From assembly GCA_964270895.1 (NCBI GenBank), contig OZ185447.1: DNA of 64,000 bases. One strand, written 5' to 3'. Below, piece after piece: positions 50,138-60,732 of this stretch; position 1 is the stretch's first letter, and each line of letters opens with the position of its first letter. The position numbers and the translations under genes are program-made. Under the pieces are notes generated by a model. It was not told the DNA's origin. It ran no database searches and was given only the letters and a program-made list of their open reading frames with translations. This stretch comes from Podarcis filfolensis. Taxonomy: Eukaryota.

Positions 50138-50270
50138 TCAGTAATTGGGAAGCCCATGTTCTTCCATTACGTCGTTGGACTACAACTCCCATTGTTCCTG
50201 TTCCTTGGCCTTGCTGGGCTGGAGCTGGTGGGACTTGGGTGCCCGCTGACCACAAGTTCCCCCACCCCTG
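50138..50270. mobile_element. Degenerate palindromic hAT-like MITE
   Basis: ttggactacaactcccatt ... aagttcccccacccctg; same family as 71-190. Confidence 0.55.
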
Positions 50271-51044
50271 GCTTACATTTGGGAATTAATTTCAGGAATT
50301 TGTGGCCTCTGACCCAACAGGAAGCCTTTCCTCCTTAATTGTAGGTGGAGGGGTTGCTGGTCTGTTCTGCGGGAGTTTCCCACAAGGCAAAGCATCGCCC
50401 TGAGAAGCTCCGAGTGAGCAGCTTGCTCTTGGCAACGGCTGATGGCGGAATGAAGCCTTAGCGGCCCCACCCTCCCAATTTGAACTTGCTCCTCTAAGCC
50501 TCCTCCCCCTTGCTTGAGAAGAGTGGCTCCTCAAAGGGCCAGCTCTTTGGTCTGAAGGCAACAGGCATTCCTGCTTTGTTTTGTGGCCTCTCGCCTGGCA
50601 TTCTCCCTGTGGCAGACTCTTCAGGTGAACTGGGCTTGGAGGAAGGCACCTGTAAGGGGTTCTGCAGGCCCCTGGCTAGCAACCTCTGGTTCTGTATCAG
50701 GAAACCTTGGCCAGTGACACAGCAGCCCTAGCTTCTGCTAGTTCCACCTGCTCTGTCTCTGCGCTTGTCCCAAGAGCCTTGGCACCAAAAGCAGATGGTG
50801 TGACTAAGGTTTCTTCCAGGCCAGCTCTCTTGTTCTTTTTCATTCATTTGCCTGCATCCTTTTGTGTTCATATCCCACTTTTCCTTCAAGGAACTCGCAA
50901 TAACATCCATGGCTCTTGCACATGTGCACACACACTTTATTTTTATTTTATCTTATTTTCTTATTTTATCTTATTTTAATTTTATTTTTGCCGCAACCCT
51001 GTGATGTAGGTTAGGTTGAGAGCTCTTTCCTAGCTTATTGTTTC

Positions 51045-51285
51045 TGTTAAGTTGTGGGTGAACATATCAGACGACACAGTGATTCTTCAAACAGCTCTTG
51101 TTTATTCACAGGCCAGAACAGAACTGAACTGGAAGGGTTCAGTCAGCCTGCTTATATAGAGCTCCAGGACAACGTAACTGTAACAATTTTCTAAAACTAT
51201 CCAATCACTGAACGTCACTTTCGATCCCTTATTTGCATAACTATCTACAGTATCCCCCTGCTGGGGGATACTTCAATACATAACC
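51045..51285 (-). mobile_element. Solo LTR of an LTR retrotransposon
   Basis: Termini tgtta...taacc (CA end mutated); perfect 5-bp TSD gtttc at 51040-51044 and 51286-51290; CCAAT 51201, TATATAA (-) 51152-51158, AATAAA (-) 51101-51106 in LTR order. Confidence 0.8.
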
Positions 51286-51869
51286 GTTTCCCAGTGAGGA
51301 TGGGCAGGCAAAGCTGTATTGAACCTTCTGAGGGCTTCTGTGAGGCCCACAGGCTCCTTATAGTTAGAGAGTTTCTCTAGAAGACTAGAAATAATGAAAG
51401 GAAGCCACTAATGAAAGGACCTCTTAACATGGGATCAGGTGTTTTCAAAACTAGGGGGTGATTCATCACTCATCCTACTCTTAATAGGAAGCTGCAAAAC
51501 GAGTGGAAACATTTTATGAACCTTTTGGGAGACCTTTTCTGAACGGGACTTCCTTGTGAGTAAGCATTTTGAAAGGGCTGAGGTCATAAAGACAGGCATC
51601 ACTGGTCAGTTCTGCGCTGCTCTAAATGCTTTGCGAAATCTCTCTTTTAACTCCACTTCTTTTGTGGAAAATCAATGTCTTAGCGGGACTAAATGAGTTT
51701 AGGGTGGATGGCAGTTCTGTCCTGGTTGAGCAGTGTCTTGGGAACACCTGCGATGTAGGCGGGCTGTGAAGATCTGTGCTGGTGGAGGTGCCGCGTTCCT
51801 TTCAAGAGTTCATTTCCAAGTCAGATGGAAATGAAGTTTAACGCCCCCCCCTCTTTTATTCCCCCTCAG

Positions 51870-52067
51870 GGTGGTTTTTGGGCCAGAACTTGTGCTTCTG
51901 GGTCCAGATGAACAGTTCACGGTGCTCAGCCTGTCGGGGGGCCGACCCAAGCGCCCCCATGCTCGCCGTGCCCTCTGCCTCCTCCTGGGGCCGGATTTCT
52001 GCACTGATGTTGTCACCATTGAAACGGCTGACCATGCCCGCCTGCAGCTGCAGCTGGCTTACAACTG
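51870..52067 (+). CDS. MVP: MVP exon 11
   Basis: cccctcag| ... TG|gtgagt, 198 nt; [28 protein letters not shown]...LQLQLAYNW. Confidence 0.96.
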
Positions 52068-52180
52068 GTGAGTTGGAGACTACTGCTGTTGGCAGGCCGA
52101 AGGGAGACCCCCAGGTGGGCCAGGAGGGGTTGTGCTGGGGGGTGGGGACATGTTGATAACAGTATGGAGGGCTGAAAGTA

Positions 52181-52395
52181 CAGTGGTACCTCAGGTTACA
52201 GACGCTTCAGGTTACAGACTCCGCTAACCCAGAAATAGTACCTCAGGTTAAGAACTTTACCTCAGGATGAGAACAGAAATTGTGTGGTGGCAGTGGGAGG
52301 CCCCATTAGCTAAAGTGGTACCTCAGGTTAAGAACAGTTTCAGGTTAAGAACGGACCTCCAGAACGAATTAAGTTCTTAACCTGAGGTACCGCTA
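52181..52395. mobile_element. Tigger/pogo-like MITE, inverted relative to the 40457 and 47240 copies
   Basis: cagtggtacctc ... gaggtaccgcta, TA flanks; internal sequence is the reverse complement of the 47240 copy. Confidence 0.85.
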
Positions 52396-52516
52396 TATGC
52401 ACAGAACTGAGTATTTTTGTTATTTTCTTTTTTTATGTTATCTATAAGTCTTCCAGCACACGCAGGCATACACTGTGTGCCTTATTCTCCTCCCAGAATT
52501 CATATGTATTTTTGAA

Positions 52517-52663
52517 GCCTCTGGGTTAGCTCAGTTGGTAAAACATGAGATTCTTAATCTCAGGGTTCTGGGTTCAAGCCCCACATTGGGTGAAAGAATC
52601 CTGCATTGCAAGAGGTTGGACCAGGTGATCCCTGAGGCCCCTTCCAACTCCATAATTCTATGA
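52517..52663 (+). mobile_element. SINE with a tRNA-Lys(CTT)-derived head and a CR1-type tail
   Basis: tagctcagttggtaaaacatgagattcttaatctcagggttctgggttcaagccccacattggg resembles tRNA-Lys-CTT; followed by ggttggaccaggtgatccctgaggccccttccaactc..attctatga. Confidence 0.75.
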
Positions 52664-53399
52664 AATAAAACAGGATGGGGAAAGACGCATGTGTCACCCA
52701 GGTGTCTTTACAGTTCACGTGTAAAGCAAACGTGGGATGTATTTCTTTTTTAAACGAGAAAGAACACATGATGGAGTGGAGGGCAACCTGCCCCTCGCTC
52801 CCCAGATTTATTCTCCATCTTCCCTCATTGTGCCCTGTAGTATTTAAGCCATTTCTCCCAGTCCTCTGGCTCAGTTCCAGCATGGCAGACAGGCTAGAAG
52901 GAAACTGGCCAGAAAAAAACTACTTCACGCAGCAAGACTGCAGCAAAGTGTGTTGTGTGTGCCAGAGGGAGGCTGTCATTTCCAGCCCTCACTCATTCCT
53001 GGTCTGGGTGGGTGGGTGTGTTTTGAAATAGACCCAGACCCACTTATGTTTGTGTTTCTGCCCTTTTACTTACATATCTCCACTGCATTTTATTTGGCAC
53101 AAAGTAATTTTTCAGCAGGATCACAATGGATAAAATGCGAGTTGGAGGGAAGGAATAAGGTGGGGCCATGGGAGGTCAGGTCAGGTTGGCTAAGAGTTGT
53201 GGGAGATGACAGATAACAGTATCTGTCAGGGAAGACAAGTGTGTTTTGCTTAAGTCCCGTTCCATAAGTACTGGAAGACAGTGCTGCCAAGGCAGGCAGG
53301 CTCTCTGAACCTTGACTACACACTGCTGCTGTCATGTATTTTTTTATTTGTTTATACAACTGAGGACTATCAAATATATCCACCAATTTCCTCCCTCAG

Positions 53400-53535
53400 G
53401 CACTTTGAGATCCCCTCTGCTGCTGAAGCTTCCCGCCTGTTTAGTGTCCCAGATTTTGTGGGTGACGCCTGCAAGACCCTGGCCTCTCGTATCCGGGGGG
53501 CAGTGGCTGCCGTCACCTTTGACGACTTCCATAAG
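53400..53535 (+). CDS. MVP: MVP exon 12
   Basis: ctccctcag| ... AAG|gtgagc, 136 nt; [13 protein letters not shown]...VTFDDFHK. Confidence 0.95.
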
Positions 53536-53806
53536 GTGAGCTGTGTTTTCCCCCTTGACTTTCTGTCACTTGGAGGGCACAAATACTTATATGTCTCTAT
53601 TTTTTTTCCTTTCTGTTTGGAAAAAAAATAAAATTCCTTAGTCCTGTATTCATCAATATCCATGGCCAGACCAATATATTTTGCTGCCTAAGGCAAAGTG
53701 GCAGGTCTTGGTTTTGCATTGTCATTTCCCCAGTTCATTATACTAATGCGTTTGCTGGCGCAGAAGCTGTGAAATGCTATTTCTTACTGGAAATAAATGT
53801 TGCCAG

Positions 53807-54018
53807 AATTCGAACCGCCTGATCTGTGCTGCCGTGTTTGGCTTCGATGGGGAAGGGACCATGCGCGGCTCCCTCCGCTTCGCCCCCAACGGCCTTGTCA
53901 TCAGCAGCATTGACATCCAGAGCGTGGAGCCCGTGGACCAGAGGACGCGAGATGCCCTCCAGAAAAGCGTCCAGCTGGCTATCGAGATCACCACCAACTC
54001 TCAGGAGGCAGCTGCCAA
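53807..54018 (+). CDS. MVP: MVP exon 13
   Basis: tgttgccag| ... AA|gtaggg, 212 nt; [36 protein letters not shown]. Confidence 0.93.
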
Positions 54019-55174
54019 GTAGGGAACCTCTCCGGGGGGTGGGGTGGGGGGACCCTCAAGCCGACTCTTCCCCAGCTACGCTCCAATCCATGTGACACTT
54101 CCTTGGCCCAAAGCATTGCCTGGTCCCTCCTCCTCTTTGGCCTGTTATTCCTGTTCCCCCGTTAGGACAAAATGTCCATGAAACAACCATCTGTCCAGAA
54201 TTCTGACTCTGGAGCATCATGATACATGCAGTGTCATTTTGGAAAATCCTTAGAAATCATGCTAGTTGCTTTTTTAAAAAAAAAAACCAATGTAATTCAT
54301 AGCAACTTAAGACAACAAATAACATACATGAAAACCACCCTAAAAATAAAACAGAAAAATCTAAAACTCATTCCTGTTTTTAAAAGGCAGAATTGTTTTC
54401 TATATCCAGTGTGTGCGCACACATCCAGTATTTTACATGTACATGGCATGTAGATTTCAAAATCCTGTACCAAATTAAAGCTGGTCTTTATGGCCACCAG
54501 GAATTACACAGTTATCGCTCTCTTTCCATCCAAGATTAGCTCCCAGAGTAGCTCTCAATTAAAACTCACGCAAGTGGTACAATAAAATTAGGGATTTGGG
54601 AGGGGATGATCTCTTCGGTCCAGACCCCGGGCTCTGCTCTGCTCTCATTCAAAGACAAGCAGCCCTCTCTGCTGGGCAGACGAAACAGCTGTCCACACCC
54701 CTCTCGTGTCCTGTTGCTTGTTCTGCTTTAGCTAGCTGTGAGAAGAGGCAAGGAGCTAAACACGGCTCTGCAACCACCGGAAATCTGATTCGGGCATCTC
54801 TGGCTTCTGAAATTTCAGCAGGTCATTGAGGTGCCACACTTTCAAGCATGTCTTGGCAGCTGCATGGGCAGTTTAAGGCTTCCCAAGCTCCTTTCTTGAC
54901 TCCATTCAAGTGTTCACATCTATTGCTTTCAAAACATCCAAGGCCCACAAGGAGTTTTTCCTATTCACTCGTCCCTCTCCATCTTCCTGACCCTTCCACA
55001 AGTGGCAAGCAGTCTCTCCCACCCCCTTTCCCTTTCAGACCACCAGAGCTTCAGACCAAGAGAGGAGGGCGGCAACTTTTTTGCAGTCCTTCAAATGGAT
55101 GAATCTCTGCCCTGCCCACTCTGACCTTCTGTTTTTTCCTTCTCTGATACCATTTTCTTTCCCCCACATCTCAG

Positions 55175-55291
55175 GCACGAAGCAGAGAGGCTGGAGCAAG
55201 AGGCTCGTGGGCGTCTTGAGCGGCAGAAAATCCTTGACCAGGCCGAGGCCGAACGGGCCCGGAAGGAGCTGCTGGAGCTGGAAGCACTGAG
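55175..55291 (+). CDS. MVP: MVP exon 14 (cap helix)
   Basis: atctcag| ... AG|gtgagt, 117 nt; [22 protein letters not shown]. Confidence 0.95.
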
Positions 55292-55406
55292 GTGAGTGAA
55301 TCAGGATTGAGAAGGGGCCAACCCCGAAGTGGCCCGGAGCGTCGCATGGGCCCGGCGGCAGATAACGTCCGGGGGGCTTCACCTTCCCTCACTCCTCTCC
55401 CCACAG

Positions 55407-55533
55407 CACAGCGGTCGAGAGCACCGGGGCGGCAAAGGCCGAAGCCCAGTCACGGGCAGAAGCTGCCCGGATTGAAGGTGAAGGGGCAGTACTGCAGGCC
55501 AAGCTGAAGGCCGAAGCCACGGCCATAGAGACG
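55407..55533 (+). CDS. MVP: MVP exon 15 (cap helix)
   Basis: ccccacag| ... ACG|gtgagc, 127 nt; [25 protein letters not shown]. Confidence 0.95.
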
Positions 55534-55632
55534 GTGAGCTCCTCTGTGTCCTCTTGCAGTTCTCTCCTAGTCTTGCCTTCCTCTTGGCGCCAAGACAGTG
55601 GTGGCTCTCCTGCTCCCCTCTCTAGCAGAGTG

Positions 55633-55845
55633 CAGTGGTACCTTGGTTCTCGAACTTAATCCAATATGGGAGTCCGTTTGACTCCCAAAACCGTTCGAAA
55701 ACTAAAGCATGGCTTCCAATTGGCTGCAGGAGCTTCCTGCACTCAATCGGAAGCCACGTTCACAAACTGGAACACTTCCAGGGTTGCAGCGTTCAGGAGC
55801 CAATTTGTTCGCCAGCTAAGCCGTTCAGGAACCAAGGTACCACTG
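55633..55845. mobile_element. Tigger/pogo-like MITE, second subfamily
   Basis: TIRs cagtggtaccttggttc / gaaccaaggtaccactg; different internal sequence from the 40457 family. Confidence 0.75.
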
Positions 55846-57260
55846 TGCTGCGGGCTGCTGGGAAAACTCATCTGAAAACTATGTTGACTGCTATAATTTC
55901 TTCTTTTTTGTGTTCTTTTTTTAAAATCTCCAAAGCATTTGTCACCAAACAGTTTTTTATACATATATAGTTTCTTCTTGACTTCCCACCCCTTCTTTCC
56001 TGATGTTTGTTTTTTAACTCCTTTTTATTAACTGTTTCGATAATCCACGGCTTCTATTTCAAATCTTGCCTGCGACTTCATGTATGGGTGATAATTTGAT
56101 AGATAAATCTATCCATGGTCTCATTTCCTTCTTAAACACTTCACCATTGTGCCCTTGTAATTTAGCAGTCAATTTTGCCATTTTTCCAACTGCTATAATT
56201 TCCCTCCCAACTGTCAGAAGCTTGCTTACTCTCCTCCTTTCTGTGCATAACTCATAACTGCACCTTTAGCCTAATAATAGCATTGTTTTGGTTCTCTGTT
56301 TTGTAAGCACAGTTCTCTAGCGCTTGCCAGGGTTGGGGCATTTTGCTACAGTGGTGGATTTTTTTGCACGGAGATAGAGTTGAGTTGGACGGCATGCTGA
56401 GATCCATTTCAGCTCTAGCATTCTACCCTTGTCTGAGTGGAATTAAAAATTCCTGATTAAGAAAATGTTTCTTAATCAATACATCAAGAACACTACACTC
56501 GGGAACGCCTGACCTGGAGGACTTTTTAAATTCCATGGCTCAGCTATTCCAGGAGCCCTTGGCTTGGTGGCTCCTTTGGCGAGCCCTAGGCCCTGGCAGC
56601 TGCCCAAATTTGTTTAGAAGAAATGATGGCTTTATTAGTGGCACGTTTGAATTTTTAAATACATTGACTGGATCCAGAAGTGCCTTTCCATGTACTAAAG
56701 CCATCTTCCTCTTGTCAAAGTGGGGCCTCTCTTTATGCCCTTGTCTCCAGGACATCGGGAAAGAAAAGTGGAAAATAATAATAATAAATGCTTTTCCTTT
56801 GGTGCAAAACTCTTCCATAATTGGAAGTATGAGACCCAATTATCAAGACTGCATGCCACACGCTGCACTGCTTCTGGGCTCTTGTGCAGATGTTTTAACA
56901 TAGAGCTGGCTTAAAAACTGTGGCCCTCCAGATGTTGGTGAATTCCCAACTCAAGCTACCTTGAGTCCTGCCAGGGGGAAAAGTGAGGTATAGATAAATC
57001 TACGATAATATATAATAATCGGCCACCATGGTCAATGGCAAGGAATGGTGGGAATTGTAATCCAAGACCATCTGCTCCTGGTCTAAGGAACCGTGCTAGT
57101 GGACTGCTTTTGCTTCCACTCAGATGTTTGGATCCAAACCAATGTGTCCTCCTAGGTGCAATGTTTATTTCAGAAAAACAACCCAAACCCTTTTCTGTCG
57201 GTTGTCCTTGTCCCATGTGCTGAGCATGTTGCGCACTCTCTTTCCCACCATCCCTTGCAG

Positions 57261-57449
57261 GAGTCAGAACTGAAGCGCCTGGACCGAGCGCGAGAGCAGG
57301 AGCTGCGCTTCTGCAAGACTCAGGCTGAGCTGGACGTGGCTCGGGCGGAGGCTCTGGCCGCTGTTGAAGTGAAGAAATTTGAGGCTGTGATAAATGCGCT
57401 GGGGGCCAGCACTATCCGTGACATTGCTGTGGCCGGCCCAGAGATGCAG
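57261..57449 (+). CDS. MVP: MVP exon 16
   Basis: cccttgcag| ... CAG|gtgaga, 189 nt; STIRDIAVAGPEMQ. Confidence 0.95.
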
Positions 57450-57522
57450 GTGAGAAGCGATGAGAGGAGAGAGGGTTCTGGAGCAATAGGGAGGGGTTTT
57501 TTAGAAGTGTGTCACTTTTATC

Positions 57523-57655
57523 GGGGAAGGAGCCGTAGCTCAGTGGCAAAGCTTGTGCTTGGTCCCAGTTCTATCCCTGCTGGCGGCTTCCGTTAGGAAG
57601 GATCTGGCAACAGGTGATGGCCTGCCAGGTGGAGTAGAAGATAACTGAGCTTTTT
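57523..57655 (+). mobile_element. Degenerate Squam3-like SINE
   Basis: ggagccgtagctcagtggc...ggtcccagttctatccctg head. Confidence 0.5.
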
Positions 57656-58084
57656 CTAAAGCAAGTAACTTGACCTGGCCTAATGACTTGAGGGATGTGG
57701 GGGGCAAAACAGAACTTGAGTGTTAGCAACAAAGAATCCTAAGAGACTGCTATGTTTTGGCCAAGGTGATTGATGAATTATCTCACTAATCTTGGGCAAG
57801 GTCCAAGGGTGGTCGCGGACCAGATCCAGGCATTCTTGGAGGAAAATGATTTTCTAGATCCTTTTCAGTAGGGGTTCAGGTCTGGTTTTGGCACAGAAAC
57901 TGCTTTGGTTGCCTCTGTTGGGAGAGAGACAGGGGAAATGTGTCCCTGTTAATTCCCCTCGACGTCTCAGTGGCTCTCAATACCATCGACCACTGTATCC
58001 TTCTGGAGTTAGGTGTGGCTAGCCCTGAGTGCCTTCCATCAGCTTCAGCTGGTGGCCCAGCTGCACCCCTATCTGCAGAGGGGT

Positions 58085-58650
58085 AGCCTAAGTTGTTGTC
58101 TGTTCTCTGGTAACCTCTAGATTAGATTACTGCAAGACATTATATGTGGGGCTGCCTCTGAAGATGGCTTGGAAATTTCAGCTGGTGCAGAATTTGGCAG
58201 CCAGGTTGCTCACCTGGGCAAGATGATTTGAGCATATTACACCAATCATGGCCTGACTGCACTGGCTGCCAATCAGTTTCCGGGCCTAATTCAAAGTGCT
58301 GTTTTTGACCTTTAAAGCTTTAAATGGCTCAGGACTACCTCTCACCATATGACCCAACCTGGACCCTGCAATCATCCTCTGAGGCCCTTCTTCATGAGAT
58401 GCCTGGAGGGTAGCAACACAAGAAGAGGTCTTTTCTGTGGTGGCTCCCCATTTGTGGAATGCCCTCTCCAGGGAAGCTCGCCTGGTGCCTTCATTACATA
58501 TCTTTAGGCACCAGGTGCAGATGTTTCTCTTTAACTAGGCTTTTGGCTGATTGATGTTCTATGCCTTTTAAAATGTGTTAGTGGGAGGGGGGGTTATTGG
58601 TTTTTGTTGTTATATTTTGTGTTCTCATTTTATATTTTTATATTATTATT
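58085..58650 (+). mobile_element. L2-like LINE 3' fragment (end of ORF2 plus tail)
   Basis: Degenerate ORF2 C-terminal motifs (QLVQN, LHWLPI, FKAL-type words) followed by AT-rich tail. Confidence 0.7.
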
Positions 58651-58676
58651 AATAAAATAAATTATCTTCCATGCAG

Positions 58677-58799
58677 GCAAAACTACTCCAGGGCCTGGGC
58701 ATTCAATCCACACTCATCACAGATGGTTCTTCCCCTATCAACCTTTTCACAGCTGCAGGAGGATTGTTGGGGATTTTGCCCAAGCCTTCTGAGACCTGA
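58677..58799 (+). CDS. MVP: MVP exon 17, terminal ([40 protein letters not shown])
   Basis: ccatgcag| acceptor, TGA 58797-58799; summed CDS 2532 nt = 843 aa + stop, using inferred starts for the two gapped exons. Confidence 0.94.
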   Translation, partial: AKLLQGLGIQSTLITDGSSPINLFTAAGGLLGILPKPSET

Positions 58800-58935
58800 T
58801 AGATCCTGGAGATGGATGCTTCCCTTCCGGATGAAAGCTTTCTTTAAGTACCTTTGCAAACAACATAGAATGTAATAATTTCCCCAGGCCATCGGAGCCT
58901 CCTTTGAATGTGCCTTTTTTTGTGTACAAGTATAC

Positions 58936-58941
58936 AATAAA
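58936..58941 (+). terminator. MVP: MVP poly(A) signal
   Basis: AATAAA 137 nt after the stop codon. Confidence 0.8.
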
Positions 58942-59147
58942 CACTGAAGCAATCTATTCTATGTAATTTCCTTACTCATTTTCATTTAAAGTATGGAGTT
59001 GTCATATTGTGGGAACATTGATCCTGGGTTTGTTGGGGGGTGGTGGGAAGAATCTTGGCTTTAAAGTGAAGGAGGGAGTGTTGGTCAGAGATGGGAGGCA
59101 CATCCATTGTGAGGTCATAGAAAGTGGGTGTGGCCAGGAGAGCAGCT

Positions 59148-59241
59148 ATGCTGAACAGAGGGCAATTTCTGCTACTCCAGCTCCTGTACACTTTTACAAA
59201 TCTCTCCAAGCTGATCCTGAGTAGTCCTCGGCTTGTGACAG
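59148..59241 (+). CDS. FIMP1: Candidate FIMP1 exon 1, signal-peptide-like (MLNRGQFLLLQLLYTFTNLSKLILSSPRLVT)
   Basis: ATG with G at -3, hydrophobic core, donor ACAG|gtgaac in phase 1, matching the phase-1 acceptor at 60227. No recognisable sequence identity to the mammalian exon, so assignment is by fit only. Confidence 0.4.
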
Positions 59242-59310
59242 GTGAACACAGGTCTTCCTCCACTGGGCCTCCTTCCACCCCACTCATCCCCAGCAGCAGG
59301 GAGTGCTGCA

Positions 59311-59490
59311 GAAGTGACCATGGCTCAGTGCTATTCCTTTCAGGCGGAAGATCCCAGGTTCAATTTCTGCATCTCCCGTGAAAAGGGTCCGGAGTAGATG
59401 ATGGGGAAGACCTTCCAGCTGAGATGCTGGAGAGCTGCTGCCAGTTGGGGTAGACAATACTGATCTAGGTTTAAGGCTGCTTCCTAGACC
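59311..59490 (+). mobile_element. Squam3-like SINE
   Basis: catggctcagtg...cccaggttcaatttctgcatctcc...gagagctgctgccagttggggtagacaatactga...aaggctgcttcct. Confidence 0.7.
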
Positions 59491-60226
59491 TTACCTATGA
59501 ACCCTGGGATGTTTCATCTGGCTGTGTGAAGGGTCTCTCCACAGTATAATTTCGACCCTGGGCATTTCCACGCTACTCGTTTTAAACTGCTTTAATTGGA
59601 AGCCATAACAGGGAGTCCTTGGATTCTGATCTAGAAATGTGTCAACAATCTTGCATTATTTTTATATGGCTAGAGATGGTTCCAGCCCTGAACCAACCAA
59701 GTTAAGGCCCTTTGAAACTACATGTTATACTTGTTGAAGTGATATAGTTACTGCCAAAATTCCCCATTACCACAGTAGCTTCCAAATAGGTTCTCAGTGG
59801 AGATTATCGTCCCAATAAGGTTCTGATGATGTTGGATTGCTGAGGTCTCTTTCCTTCTCCACGTTCATCTTGCAGCACAGATTGTAGCAGGAAACATTTT
59901 CTCCTTTTTAACTTCCTCTCTTGCCCAAGCAAAGTAAAGGGCTGTGCGGGGCAACTGTTTGCGAGGCCAAAAGGAGTTTGCGGTGGGCTGTGTGGGGCCT
60001 AAATCAGGGCTACGATAAAGCATTAGCATTGTGTGGCTGGCTGGAAGAGAAATATTCATTGCTGCTGCAATGCAAGGGCGTGACTGTCCATGGAACAGGA
60101 AATTAGTAGCAAATGTTTCTTGGAAAACAGATTTTTGTGTGTGCTTGCGTTTGTAATGAGGTAAATGGACTAAGCACAGGAATGCTAAAAGCACCCACTG
60201 ATGGGAGGTGCTTTTGGGGCCCACAG

Positions 60227-60370
60227 CTCGTGCAGGAAACCCGGGGAATGCCACCGAGGCGGATTTGTCCCGGCATCAGCCGCTCTGGTTTGATTATCCC
60301 GACACAGATGAGAAGAAGATCCTTGCTGTTTACAAGCTCATTGGAGAGCAGCCTGAGTATATTCCCCCAA
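60227..60370 (+). CDS. FIMP1: FIMP1/C16orf92-like exon 2, ectodomain (A-RAGNPGNATEADLSRHQPLWFDYPDTDEKKILAVYKLIGEQPEYIPP)
   Basis: cccacag| ... A|gtgagt, phase 1 to 1; WFDYPDTDEKKILAVYKLIGEQP aligns with recalled human FFDYPDSDQARLLAVAQFIGEKP; lies next to TLCD3B as in human. Confidence 0.8.
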
Positions 60371-60439
60371 GTGAGTCCCCTTGCCACTCCTGTCTCTTGA
60401 CCCTCTCTCAAACGCTCCCTCCCCAATAGCACCTGCAGG

Positions 60440-60595
60440 GGAGGGGGCTGAGCACAGCCTTTGCAGGCACCAGGTCCCAGCAGGTTTAATCCCTGGCATC
60501 TCCAGGTAAGAGCTGGGAAAGACCCAGAGCGCCACTGATGGCCTGAGTTGACCATATTAGGCTAGCTGGACTAATGGCCTGATTCCCCCTGCTCT
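60440..60595 (+). mobile_element. Squam3-like SINE in FIMP1 intron 2
   Basis: ggtcccagcaggtttaatccctggcatctccaggtaagagctggga...ggactaatggcctga. Confidence 0.6.
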
Positions 60596-60732
60596 ATGCC
60601 TAACCTCTGCTCTCCTCCCTTTGCAGAATGATTCAGGGCTGCTTTGGGCTTCCTCCTCCTTGCCCTAGCTGTGCTCTAGCCTTGCCCTATTTCCCCGTGA
60701 CAACCAACCCTCCTCTTCTCTGCCCCCTGCAG

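Noticed and set aside
52517-52592. tRNA-Lys gene
   Set aside because: Several stem and box substitutions and a fused CR1-type tail indicate a SINE, not a functional tRNA.
60090-60160. MEQEISSK...FLCVLAFVMR or MFLGK...CNE as FIMP1 exon 1 via the GAG|gtaaat donor
   Set aside because: That donor gives phase 2 or 0 in those frames, both available acceptors need phase 1, and the intron would be only 66 nt.
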